The notes under the pieces: model-generated | Databases searched by the model: none | What the model was told of the DNA's origin: nothing | What the model saw: the letters and a program-made list of their open reading frames with translations, nothing else | Shown: in pieces, positions 24,361-37,355 of the stretch | Layout of the letters: every line of letters begins with the position of its first letter | Numbering within the stretch: position 1 is the first letter of the stretch | Translations under genes and position numbers: made by a program | Assembly (NCBI GenBank): GCA_963693365.1 | Contig: CAVNZM010000008.1 | Coordinates: forward strand, 5,046,310-5,110,309 | Direction: 5' to 3' | Source of the DNA: Amoebidium appalachense | Lineage: Eukaryota > Protista > Ichthyosporea | DNA: 64,000 nt

Positions 24361-27186
24361 TGTCGAGTGGAACACCACATGTAGGAGTTTAGCACCATCC
24401 AGTAGTATTGTGAGGTTATAACAGGGTTTTAAACAAGGAGGTGATTTCATTGGCTCTGATCAGATCCAGTCCTGACGTAAGTAACTAAGTAAATACGGAA
24501 ACGGATTCCGATTGGTTCCCTAATGTCGACACCGAGATCTTGGATTTCCGTTCATGTACATTTTTATGCGTGCCCGAGTGGAGCACATGGAAAAGGTCTT
24601 CCAAAATGTTCTACTCCATCAGAAACCTCTAAGTACATTTGAAGTAATATCTTATTTAAATTGCCTACTTTTTCTTAGATGAAGGTGATAAATATGAGCT
24701 TCTGTCGACATCACATCCTGCCGACCGCTGGTCCAGGTGAAAGCCATCATTCACAAACCGGCAACGGTAAACGAATGATATGCAACCAATAGCTCTAAAG
24801 ATCGAGGTGTTCGGTTAAATGGGTGAGATTTTGACAGCATTGCTTTTCATGTTTTTGCTAATAAATTAGATTGAAAGCGCTATTTTTTTTATTAGCTGAA
24901 GATTTACATTATACTCTTACTCCGACAAAAAGAAAGTACCCGTTTATCTCTATTGGGAGCTGAGATATTGCATAGATCGGGTACGATAACGGTTAATGGA
25001 TATGGTACCCTATTTATCATTTACCCAAAAAGAAACCAAAATCGTGCAAGTAATCTTAAAACAATTTAAGATTTCAAATAAATTTACTTTTGGTTTGTTT
25101 GTAGCTAAGGAGAAAAATTGATGATCGATTAATTTTCTCTAACCTTTTGGCGTTGTCTTACAGGCTTGGAAAGGAGTATGAGGAGAAAATATTCGGATTT
25201 TGGGAGCCAATCAAGAAGGCTGTTTTGACTTTAAATGATTCCTATCCTCGAAGATATAATGACCACTTTTCCCATGCAAACACGTGCTGGTCTCGTCATC
25301 CTCTGGTGGCTTTTTCTTGATTGGTTCTCGCGGAAGGATGCAGACGATGCGGGTGACTCGGGTCATTCCCCTCAATCACCATAAATCGGAAGCGCTTGAT
25401 AGATAGTAACGATGAAAGTATAGTTTTAAAATATATGGCTAAAAACGTTTTTTATGCTTAAAAATCCAAAAGCATTGAAGCTACTTTTTACATATAACAA
25501 TCGGGTGTTCAAGTCATACTCGTATTTCTAATCACGATTAAGATTTCAAATCTCTCCGTCGATTGGCTATCAATCATGCCCAAAGCTCGTGATCGATATT
25601 AGCAAATTCCAATCTTGGAGGCATTAGTTTTCTACATCAAATCTTGCTTTAAGAAAGGTCAAAATCCAAAAAAATAGTTAATAATAAAACTAGACTTGTT
25701 TTTTTCCTCTTCTTGCATTACATAAAAGCGTGCCTCAGAGTGTCTCAGGCCTGATAAATATGTGCACATCCGAGCACTCAGTGAGTAGCTGGCCAATGAA
25801 TCCCGTGTAAGGCGCCAATCAGGAAAAAGATGGATAAGAAAATGTCTCTGATTGGCTGTTGTGCCTATCACATGCACTGGCAGCGCCCCTTACGCTGAGC
25901 CAGTATCTTTTTTCCACCCGTGCTCTTGCCTTGTTTGTCAGTTTCAGCAAGCTGACGTTCGAACTCAGCGGCCGCGCCTTTTTTTTTTTGCCCCTCAAAG
26001 ATATTTTTTGTTTACAACGAACCCTCCTCCCGGCTTTTGGCGCGCTTTACGTCCACACACGCATTAGCTATTCATCTATTAGTTGTATATTGTGGCCGTA
26101 AACAAACTGTACAGCAGAGGTTCTGAGACTTGAAACAGACGACTCTTCTCGCACGCACCCTGCTTTTTTTATTCGCCATTTCTCACCAAAGCTCTTGAGC
26201 GAATTTATTTTGCCCCGCTGTACCTGCCGCTTTTTGACGAATTTAGGGTTGACCATATGAATAGAAATTCAGCTTTTCATGTAGTGTAATTGTAAATAAG
26301 CACCTGAAGCATAGCATAGAAAGAAATACTAGTTCTGCGCCCTCGAAACCAGGCGGTAGTCGACAAAGAAAAGGTGCCACCAAATTCGTTACGACATCGT
26401 TTTTCTCTATTCGTTTGAGCGCAATTCTGCAGTACCTGAGCCTACACGAAAAATGTAAGTGCTTGCACCAAGTTTTCTGCGTGTTTTGCGCTAGTGAACA
26501 GCCGTTCTCCCAATTTCATTTTTCCTGTGTTTTAAAACGAATGAATCTTTTTTCGTTGAATGTGTGCGTGGATTGCGTTATTTCCCCACTATTTTCGCTT
26601 GGACACTCGGCTGTGCGCAAGATGCACATTTTCCTTACTTTTTCGTGCTTCCATTTTCGCTTTCCTCTTTACTTGAGTACCCATGTCATTCCTCTTTCAT
26701 ATTCGATGCTGCTTCGTCGGGTATGGCAGCCTTGATAGGTGTATTTAGCTTCTTTTATGGGCGAATTTTGCTGGAAACCATTGTGTTTGGCACAGCTCGC
26801 TCTATTGATGTGATTGTATGGACGGTTATGCTTGTTGCCACTGCAGATGTTAAAGTATAACATTATAAAAGCACACAAGATGGTAGCTGGATTTGATGAC
26901 TTACCTCCCTTGTGTGCATAATCGTGCAAAAAGACACATGGATTTGTGCATGATTCTCGTGGTCGTCCACACCAGGTTACCTGTTTACGCAGACGATGGA
27001 GCATCAAGCTTGGCATGTGCATTTTTTGTCAGTTCTCTAATGTGACCAGCACGCAGGGTACACTTTGCTGCTTTTACAGTTTCCTTACGTACATACAATG
27101 TTGCATATTTTCAAGTACCTGCCACTCTTCTGTATTTTCCTCTGTGGATTTTGTGGCAACAATTGCAGGTCTACACACACCATGGT

Positions 27187-27217
<31 letters not shown>

Positions 27218-27453
27218 TGGTTGCCCTTTCTGTGGTTTTCGTGTTGGGAGCGGTCGGAGAGATCACAAGGCAGAGAGGATGGGGTTTGGGAAGTTTTACC
27301 TTAAGTTGTAACCAGCCACCCTTAGCTGTACCCCCAGATAGCCGAATAGCCCAAAAATTTTTTTTTCTTTCTTAACAGCGTTTTCAGTTACGAGCAATTT
27401 ACAACTCTCGTTTATATTGTTCTCACCAGATGAAATTTTCCTGCAAGCTCCCC

Positions 27454-27484
<31 letters not shown>

Positions 27485-27695
27485 AAAAACAAACAAACAA
27501 AAGAGCCCCCTCCTGCCTTTCTTTGTGTGTTGTGCTACCAAGTGGCTGGTTGATGGCTTTTTTTTCCTTTTTTTTTCTTTTCTTTCTTTCTTTTTTTTTT
27601 TTTTTGCTGGAACTGACGTGTTTTTTATCGTGCAGAAACCACCTACCGTGCGCGGTGCGGTTTTTGGAGTATCGAAAATTGCGGCACAAGTGCGC

Positions 27696-29010
27696 ATGGC
27701 TGGCAACTCGTCAACCGCTCATTGGGCACTGCCCTGGAGCAGTTTTAACCCGCTGATGATGGTGAGTGTTTGTGTGTATTACCCATTGTTGTGCTACGCT
27801 GTGTAAACCGTGCACTCAACCCAGTATACGTACACATGCATGGTTTTTGGATTATTTTTGGCAAAAAGAATAAAAATAAAATAAAAATAAAGAAGAAGGG
27901 AAAAAAAAGAAAAAGAAGGAGATGAAGAAAAGGAACACTTTTCATTCAGATTCTCCCAGCGTCACCATGCCCCTCTCCCCCCCCCCCCCCCTCCCCCCCC
28001 CTCCCCCCCCCCCCCCCCCCCCCCCCCACACACCCTCCCGTTCAAGTGAAACAGTATCTGAGTTGGGTTTCGTTAACGAGGGGAATAGGTCGAAACTCGG
28101 GTACTGTGGATGACGTGGGCCCCCCCTGAGGATGGGCTCTGCTTATTATGTATACTCTTGATGTATGGCTTGCATTCTGCATCGTGTTATCCGTTTGTTC
28201 TTGTGTACTTCGTACTTTTTGACGCATTCAAAACCCCCACCACCCTCCCCCCACCCTCCCTCCGTCTCCAGTTTTATCCTCATTCTCTCAGCCCAAAGGC
28301 CCACTTCCTATATTACTGCGACCCTTTGCATCCTCCTTTTTTTTTCAGCGCCATGCTAAGACATAGTCGCCCGCCCTCAGGTATCGGACAGGGAAACACA
28401 GAGCAGCAACATGGCAGGGGTGAGCATGTCCTCCCGTAGCCAACGAGGAGGGGACGGGGGCCTTGGCGGGGGCATGCCCATGAGCCCCATGCACATGGCT
28501 CTACTGCTGCAACAGAACAACCTCCTCCCTCTTTCTTCCTCCCAGCTACTTCCCGCCTCGGGTACAGCCCGCTACGATTCCTACGGCCTGGGCGGCCTTC
28601 CGCAGGCACACAGCTGGGGTCTTCCACCCACTGCCCCTCAGACGCACAACAACAACAACTACTACGACATGCCGCCCGAACAGAGTCACGGGGCCAGCCC
28701 GGGCACGGACAAGCGCAGTGTTTCTTCGATGGCGCAGGACTGCACGCCCGCGGACGCCGGGTATGGGCTGGGCCACGATATGGGCCATGACGCCTACCCG
28801 CTGAATGTTAAGAGGAGACGCAGTAGCCCAAATATGTCTGATGATAGCAGGGCGCTTCTGTATATGTCCCAGGACCCGAGGTCTAGCCAGCATCACAGCC
28901 CGGAGCTTGCTCAGCCGCACAACAGCAACAACCCGTCACCTACGTTCATCCCCGGCACCTTCGGCGATGTGCCTGTGGTCGACGATGGCATTCGCTCGAC
29001 AAGGTTAGTG

Positions 29011-29058
<48 letters not shown>

Positions 29059-29305
29059 GTGTGTGCACGTATAGAAGTGCACGCCGTGGCGGTGGTTGTG
29101 TTTCTGACGGATTGTGTTGGGCTGTGCAGGGACAAGGTGAGGAGGTATCTCGACCAGACCCGCAACCAGCACCCGGGCCCGGGCATGGCCATCTACTACC
29201 CCAAGATAGTCCAGAAGTCCTACGGCAGCGAGAAGAGGTATGTTTCTATCGGCCGTTTTGTGGTGATTGTGTTATGATGTTGTGGTGTGCGGGGTTGCTG
29301 ATGGT

Positions 29306-29343
<38 letters not shown>

Positions 29344-30463
29344 TGCGCGGGTTGCTGATGGTGTGTCTGTGTGTGTTTGCAGGTTCTTTTGCCCTCCTCC
29401 GTGTGTGCAGCTGCTTGGTCCCCGTTGGACCGAACACCGACACAGAGACGACATCACCATGAACATTGAAAAGGTACGACGGGTGGGTTGTGGCTGGAGG
29501 TGCATGTGTTTCTGGTGTTTTGCCTCAAAAAAAGGAAATGTAGTGTTGTTTTTTTCTTCTGTAGCAAGTGCCTTTTGTGCCCCAACTTCTTTTTTTTTTC
29601 CCCGGTTGGATTTGTATTTTTTTGGGGATAGGCCGCGGTACGTGTATAATATTGTTTCCTTTTTTTAGCAGGTGCCTTTGTGCTCCGACATTCTGCCTTT
29701 TGGGTTAGTTTTGTAGTTTTGTGGGGGGTTGGCAACGGAACTTCTTGTTTCTTCTTTCCTTTACTGACATGTTCTTCGGGACAGACACAAACAACCGTGC
29801 GGATGATGTTTGAGCCGGGCAGTGCCCCGCCCTGCAGCCTGGCCCGCACCCTCTACATTGCTGACTCGGACAAGCTCAAGGCCTTCTCCCTCGAGGTCAC
29901 GGTAAGAGCATATGCGGTCTATTCTCTTATTTTTTTTACTTGGCACCTGCTTGTTGGCAAATGTGTTTTTTTGTTCTGTTCGAAAGTCTCGTGTTGGGTA
30001 AACGAAGGCGGATGGATGCATGTCCTTCTTTTACTTTCTTTCTTTTTCTTTCTTTCTTTCTTTCTTTTCTCTTTTATCTTTTTTTTTTTTTGAGGGGGGG
30101 GGGGGGGAGGGGGGAGAGAGAGAGAGAGACGGGGAGAGGGGAGGGGGGGGGGGGGGTTGAGAGGGGAGACTGGGTTATTTTTATAGATTGGATTGGATGG
30201 ACCTGCACGATGTATCTTTGGGACTCAATGAGGCTGTGTGCACACACACATGGTCTCTGCTGCGCACACGGGTACTGACTGGAATCCTGCAGGTGCGGGA
30301 TGAAGGGAGGCGGGAGATGGGGACGTTCAAGACGGGGCAGATCAAGGTCATCTCAAAGCCCAGCCAGAAGCGCCAGACAAAGGCAAACATCGAGAGTAAG
30401 TTTGCCCCCCTTTCCTTTTTTTCTTTCTGTCTTTCTTTCTTTCTTTCTTTCTTCTTCTCGTCC

Positions 30464-30494
<31 letters not shown>

Positions 30495-31709
30495 CTCTTC
30501 TGGTGATGGTGGGTATGTAAGTCATCGGGGATGCTGACTGTTTTTTTTTTGTTTTGTTTTTTTGTTGTTTTTTTCAGTGTGCATTGAGAGTGGGAGTGAG
30601 GTGTGCCTGTTCAGCCGTCTGCGGGCGCAGGCGGCGCATACGCGATACCTGCAGGCCGACCAGCAGAACCTGTTCATTAGCCCCAACCAGTGGTCCTCCC
30701 TGGAGATCACAGCCGCATCAGGTATGTTTCCCCCTGTGCCCATACTCTTTCTCTTATCCCTTGATGATTATCCATTGGCAAACATAGATAGAGTGGGTGA
30801 GAAGGGAGTGAGTGAAAGGGAAGGAGAGGGATAGAAAGAGATGAAAGGAAAGGGGAAAACCACAAGTGATATTTAAGACGTTGCGTCCGCGTGTATCGTG
30901 CACTTCCTCTTCTCTCACAATGATCATCCAAAAGCAGCCATAGTTTCGAGAGTAAGAGGGATGAAAGGAAAGGAAATATCTACATCTTTACATGTCAACA
31001 CACTGTTGTGTACGCTCGTCCTCTTCTCCCTCTAAAGATTATATATCCTAGAGGCAAACACTGACATGTGTATACCCCCTTGCAGTGCACGGTGCACAGC
31101 AGCAGGCCAACCTCGGGCAGGGCCTGCCACCGGCCTCACAGCTTATCGAGTACGGCATGGACATCACCCTGCAGAATGCAGACTACCCCCTGGCCGGCCC
31201 GCGGGTCTTCACCATCTACCCGGCCCGGGGCAAGAACCCCGGCAACATCAACCCCCAGGCCCCCCGTGAACCTGTGGCGTCCTTCCACAAGGTAAGACCA
31301 CTCCCTTTTACTGCATTGTGGATGCATGGTTGCGGGTGAGTTTGGGGCATTTCTGACTTTTGGGGGGGGCTAGGATGGCGGTGGTGGGTGTATTGGCATA
31401 GAGGGGTTTTGAGGGTGGTGGTAGGTGTTTTGACACGGGGGGGGTTTCATAAGATGGTTGTGGTGGGTGTATTGGCATTGGGGGGGGGGGGGGGGGGGGA
31501 TTACGGTGGTTGTTGTAGGTGTGTTGGGTGGCTGACATTGGTGGGTTTCTAGGTGTGCCTGTTCCTCAAGGGCACTACGGACCAGTATCTGGGCATCGTG
31601 GACGATGACGTCAACACGGTCAGTGTCCAGCGCCTGCCCGATGGCTCGGCCTCGGTCCCCGACTGTGCCGTGTGGACCATCATTGCCTCAGGTACGAATA
31701 TTATCTATA

Positions 31710-31807
<98 letters not shown>

Positions 31808-31811
31808 CACA

Positions 31812-31901
<90 letters not shown>

Positions 31902-32299
31902 TCTTTGGAAATAGACTCTTCATACGTTGCTCTGCCCTTATGTTATCCTTTTGTATCCGTAAAATTGTACTCTAGTCAACTATGATGTATAGAGTTTCTA
32001 GCATCCCCCCCTCCCCCCCCCCTCCCCAGTTTCTTGTATTAAACGCATGTCAGCCAGCAACAACAGAGTTGAGCACACATGCATGTTCCCCAGTCATACC
32101 GTAAGTGCGTGGGGAAACAAGTAAAAACATCTGAGCGCCTCTACTCAAACTGGTGGACCGCCGTATGTTGCTGGGCCACATTCTCACTGTTTTTGTGCAG
32201 AGCGCATGGACTTCCCCTTTTACGAGTCTCACGGTCCCGCAATGGAGCCCGTCGCCCCGTGCCCGCAGGTGCTCTCAGTTACCCTTCAGGTATACTATT

Positions 32300-32345
<46 letters not shown>

Positions 32346-32999
32346 TCCCTCCCCAACACACACACACTCACACCCGCCCCCCCCCACACACACACACACA
32401 TACGCACGCCACCACCACCACCATCACCAACACTCACACACACACACACACCCCAAAAAAAAAATGGAAGAAGAAAGAAAGAAAGAAAAAGAAACAGGCA
32501 CTTGCACACGACCATATGTACACTCGTAGTGTTAAGACACTATACATACACATCCACCCCCCCTATCCACACGAATCTCCATTCCTCCCTCCCCCCAGAC
32601 ATCTTTACTTCCATGCAACCGGGCATGGTTGCTCTGTGTCGTGCATCTGTAAGCACATACGCGTTTTTCGCTGCACTGCATTAGTTTGCACACACATCTT
32701 CACCGTTCTGCTCACCTTGCTTGCATAAGCAACCCTGCTCGTCTTTGATCAAGACGGGTTGACCCACCCAAGTTCAGTTGATGCTGCTGTCTGATTGGGA
32801 GCGTCGTATATACGCGGGCTAAGGGGTCGAAACTCAGACGCAATTGATGACTTGGGTCCTCCCTGAGGATGGGCTCTGCTTATGACGCATACTGTGCGCA
32901 TGGCTGATGTTGCATACTTGAATGTTTGCCTTTGCATGTGTCCTGCACCATGCTTCTCATCGTGTATGCGTACTTCGTACTGTGTTCCGCATTCAAACA

Positions 33000-33030
<31 letters not shown>

Positions 33031-33799
33031 CCTCCGCAGCCGCCCCCGTGAAACATGCACAAATGCCTTATGTTTTTTTTTGTGTGTGGCTACATATATG
33101 CTGACTTGGTGCCACATATACAGGGTGATGATCTTGAGCTGCGAGGGGCCGATTTCAGCAGCCAGCACAGCATCTGGTTTGACGATATCCCTGCAGACAC
33201 CGTGTGCAGGTACTGTAGTTTTCACTGTGTGCACCGTGCTCGTTTCACTTCCTCGTCCCCCTCTGACCTCTCTTTTCATGCAGTTGTTCTTCATAGCGCG
33301 TTCTGCATTACATAAACCGTACGGTGTGACCCTCCCATCGTGAAGTTAGTTGTACTTGTGTCGTGTTCAATGTTCCATGTTTCGCAATTAAATCCCTCTC
33401 AAGACATTCTCATAGTGTGGGTGTCCTTCGTACCGTTTTCAGGCAGTACATTGAACCCTCTCCGATCCTCTCTCTCATACTGTGGTTGTACTTTGCACAG
33501 CGTTTCGCGTTTAGACCCGTGTCGAAACCTTCTCATACTGTGGTCAATACTTTACATGTGTCATAATTTGCATATTGAACACTCTAACCCACCTCCTCCT
33601 TCTTTGCAGGTCTTCCACCTCTATGACCTGCCGAATTCCTTCAACATATTCACGTTGTGGGGCGGCGGTTATCCACACAAGAATGCACCGCACGGCCCTG
33701 GCCAAGCAGCACTTGGGCCAGTTCTGCCGCATATTGCTCGTTAGACATTCTGACGGTGTTGTATATCCCACCCTGCACTATCTCACCATACCCCAGTAG
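27696..33799 (+). CDS. CSL: CSL family transcription factor (Su(H)/RBP-J/LAG-1 homologue), 12 coding exons
   Basis: Exons 27696-27761 (tentative), 28381-29003, 29130-29237, 29383-29473, 29785-29901, 30293-30395, 30578-30721, 31086-31291, 31553-31691, 32201-32289, 33124-33209, 33610-33799; all GT-AG and phase-compatible. Motifs QKSYGSEKRFFCPPPC, ARTLYIADSDK, IKVISKPSQKRQ, CIESGSEVCLFSRLRAQAAHTRYL, WTII, LELRGADF..IWF and LVRHSDGVVYPT cover the NTD, beta-trefoil and CTD domains. Alternative start ATG at 28411. Confidence 0.93.
28040..28238 (+). mobile_element. Structured intronic repeat family, subfamily A, 5'-truncated copy
   Basis: Near-identical to the reverse complement of 53091-53278 and 54838-55030. 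Ends GCATTCAAAA-CCCCC. Lies in the tentative first coding intron of CSL. Confidence 0.9.
32597..32998 (+). mobile_element. Structured intronic repeat family, subfamily B, ~400-bp copy
   Basis: Matches the 453-bp unit at 43109-44110 with a few substitutions. Ends GCATTCAAAC and runs into a long C-tract. Lies in CSL intron 32290-33123. Confidence 0.9.
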
Positions 33800-35865
33800 A
33801 TATACTCAGTATATATACCTTTCGGTTCCCCCTTGCGAAAATTTTAAATGGATGCATGTGATTCTCACGTATGACCTGATCTGATATACCCCTCCATTTT
33901 AAATACTTGCGAGCGACTGTTAAAAGGAAATTGAAATTTTGATGATCGATATCGTGTTTAAAGCTATGTTTGAGCAGGAAGACTCGTCTTGTCGGCTAAA
34001 GCCAGAAAAAACCACGTTTGTGTACATATCGCGGGCAGTGTAGGTGCTAGCGTCTATTTGTGAAGTAGCTATGATTTCTCGCTTGCCCTTTACCCGCTCT
34101 CTCAGGGCCTCCTTGTATGCGCATTGCTCTGATAATAGCTCTATGACCCTACTATATATAGCGTGTTCCCTCGTGTTGTAAACTTGTCTTGTTTTGTGTA
34201 CATATCAGCCTGTGCGCACGCTACTGTGTAGCCCCGCAGGACGTCTCTCGTGTAGTGATCAATAGATATTCTTAAGATTATATATATGAATATATGTAGG
34301 CTAATCCCAATAATTGATTTGCAAAACTTGGCCAACGTTACACCCAACGCTGGATCCCGAAGTTGAAGCTTAGAAGTGGCCTTGGCACGCACTGGCATAA
34401 ATCTGCCCATGCATGTTACGTGCATACATGTACAGACTGACATGTCTAGTGTGCCAGCGGTGGTGGTGGTGGTGGTGGTGGGTTGAGGTTTTTGTAAACG
34501 TGTGTGTAGCAGTGGTAGTTGTAGTGGTAGGGGTAGTAGCATCCACAAAATCTGCTTTCGCCTGCATGTGCACTGACTGCGTGCTGGCACCACGGGTGTG
34601 GGGCGGGGGGGTTGCAGCGCTTGCAGAGTGACACCAGAGCCTGTATATACGATGTACGTGCACGAGCTCATGATATCATGGCCGGCCACCTCGCCGCGGG
34701 CTCGTAGCTATATCAATTGGGATGCGCATTGCGCAGGCTGGTGGACGACCTCGAGTCATGCATACTATGCGGCAACCATGGCAATTGCCCGACATTCACT
34801 GACTACCCACGAGTACAAATGTCACCCGGGCTGCCGGGCCCAGGTTCCCCCTGCTTCCCTGCAAGTTCAAGTATGTGTGGTATATTATTAACCGGATATC
34901 TAGTATGGATGTACACGGGTTGAGATATACGCGCGTGTGTACATGTATATATATAGACCACTGTGTTTGATCTATGGTAGGCCAGTATGCATCTCCCCCC
35001 CCCCAGTCTTGTGCACATGAGCATGGAGTTAGACATATGTGCACGTGCAGCTTGCATGATTATTAATGGGATATGATATGATAGTCGCATGGGACCGACA
35101 CGTAGTAGAGGAACCATGAGCGTTTATATATGTATCGTAGTTTTATCATGGGAAAATATGCAAGTAGCCGTAAGGTATGGCTATGGAATGCATCGCTAGT
35201 CAAGTTCTGTCACCCGATTGGCTCACTTAGTTTATTGGAATGGAACCGATGCCATGGGACAGAACCGTGGACCGTATGTGATTGGCTCTCGTAGCCAAAG
35301 GACATACCGATGCACATGTCTGAGCCGCTGTGCGAGCTCCGATATAAGGGCATGTCCGGGGGCTTCAGAGCTTACTCAGTGTGCTCGTCATGTAGGTGTA
35401 AGTAGGACTAGCACGTCACTTAGCAAAGCGTGGTCTAGTCAACCCCGTTCATTCAAAAATATATTGTTTTGTCACGGACAAACGTTCAATTATACAACAG
35501 TATGTAGTACGACTCGCCGACATACTTTTGCCTGGATTACTTTGTTGGACAAGGCAGTGAAGGCTGGCAGTACTGGGCACGGCCAACCTTTAATGTTCAA
35601 GACCAGAAGATGGCCGTGGGCACGCTGCATGCAGGGCTAGCCAAACTTGATTTTACTTACTGGACAATGATTGGTCACGCACTGAGCCTAGCAGTGTGAC
35701 TGGCTACAAGTCACGCTGTGCGATGGTGTAGGCTAAAGATGATGTACTCTATTTTAGAAAAGTAAACAGTTACGCGTTATACATGTGTGGCGCCGCATGC
35801 ACTATATGTAGACTCGTGTTCTTTTATTTCTACACCTACAAAAACGCTGCAAACAGGCACATTAC

Positions 35866-35914
<49 letters not shown>

Positions 35915-36209
35915 GTATATATCAAAAGAACTCATTAAGTCCACTATGTACGTGTCTGTCTTCCCGTGCCTCTGAGTCCCCGGAGGCTTTTCCTGGATCA
36001 AGGGCTGACGTCATTTTCAAAGACTATTATGTTGGACTTGCTGCACCGTCACACGCGTCGTGTTTTCAAGTTCTTGGACACAATTGCAAGCTCTGTCCAG
36101 CAGGAAACCGCCCTAGCCTTCCTGTTCCTACCTCTTGTGGTGTGAACTACACACAAAGCAAGACCAACACTACGCCATCCTTCTGTCTCCTTGTTTCGCT
36201 TCTGCAAAC

Positions 36210-36444
36210 ATGGAGCAAGATTCCGTGCTGGCAGCTCTGCAGGAGACCATCACGCTGCCGGACCACCTGGACAAGTGGACGGACCCCTACTTTGGCCCTG
36301 TCACGGTCACCCACATACACGTGCCTGACGTAACCTACCGCCGCCCCCATCTCTCTCTTTCTCCCTTTCTTTCTCTCCTGTCCCCCCCCCCCCCCCCCCC
36401 CCCCCCCCCTTCTCTCTCTCTCTCTCTCTCACTCTCTCTCTCTC

Positions 36445-36522
<78 letters not shown>

Positions 36523-37262
36523 TTCTCTCTCTCTCCCCCCCCACCCTCCGCCCCCCCACTCTCCCTTTCGCTCTCACTCACTTTCTTTCTCTCGCTCTCT
36601 CTCGCTCTCTCTCTCTATTTCTTTTTCTCTCTATCCCCCCCCCCGCCCCCTTCTCTCTCTTTATCTCTCTGACATCCTTCTCCGTCTCTCTGTGTGGGCG
36701 TGCCTGTCTCGCTCTCTGAGTCTCTGTCCCCCCTCCCCCCCTCCCCCTCGCCCCCTTCCCGTCTTAATCCCCCCCCCCCCCCCCCCCCCCCCCTCAAAAA
36801 AAAAAAAAAAAAAAAGAGGTACAACCCATCTCTCTGTCTACCCTGCCCCCATCCCCCTCCAGTCATCTCTTTGCTCTTCTCTCAACAGAGCTTCAGCATC
36901 GCCACAATCCTGCACTGTGGGTGTTCGGTGGCTGAACTTTAGGTAGTGCCCCTTGTTCTGCTTCCTTGCTTGTTTGCACACGACTCTCAGGAATGCATTA
37001 CAGAAACCACATATTGACTTGACCCCTCCCCCCCTCCCCCGATCTCCCGCCCATCCAACTGCCCGATTCCTCCTTCTCTTCCCCTTTCTCTCTCCTCCCC
37101 GTCAATATCACCTCGAACTTTTATTCAACGAAAACAGGAAGAGGACTTCTTTGCCGTTGTGGTGTTGAGCCGGCCGGCAGAGGGCACTTTCTTTCTGTGT
37201 AAGGGAGGGGCCCTGACAACGATACAGCAGGTGTGTGTGTGTGGGTGGGTGGGTGGGTGTGC

Positions 37263-37355
<93 letters not shown>

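Noticed and set aside
25900-27700. Autoregulatory CSL sites (GTGGGAA) upstream of CSL
   Set aside because: None noticed here; matches elsewhere are scattered, with no evident clustering.
34598-34923. Short GC-rich ORFs between CSL and the peptidase
   Set aside because: No recognisable motif or consistent exon chain.
36889-36942. Peptidase exon ending in an in-frame TAG (readthrough or recoding)
   Set aside because: An alternative exon 36863-36916 with a GTGGGT donor keeps the frame without a stop, and TAG is a normal stop in CSL and ATP6V1F.
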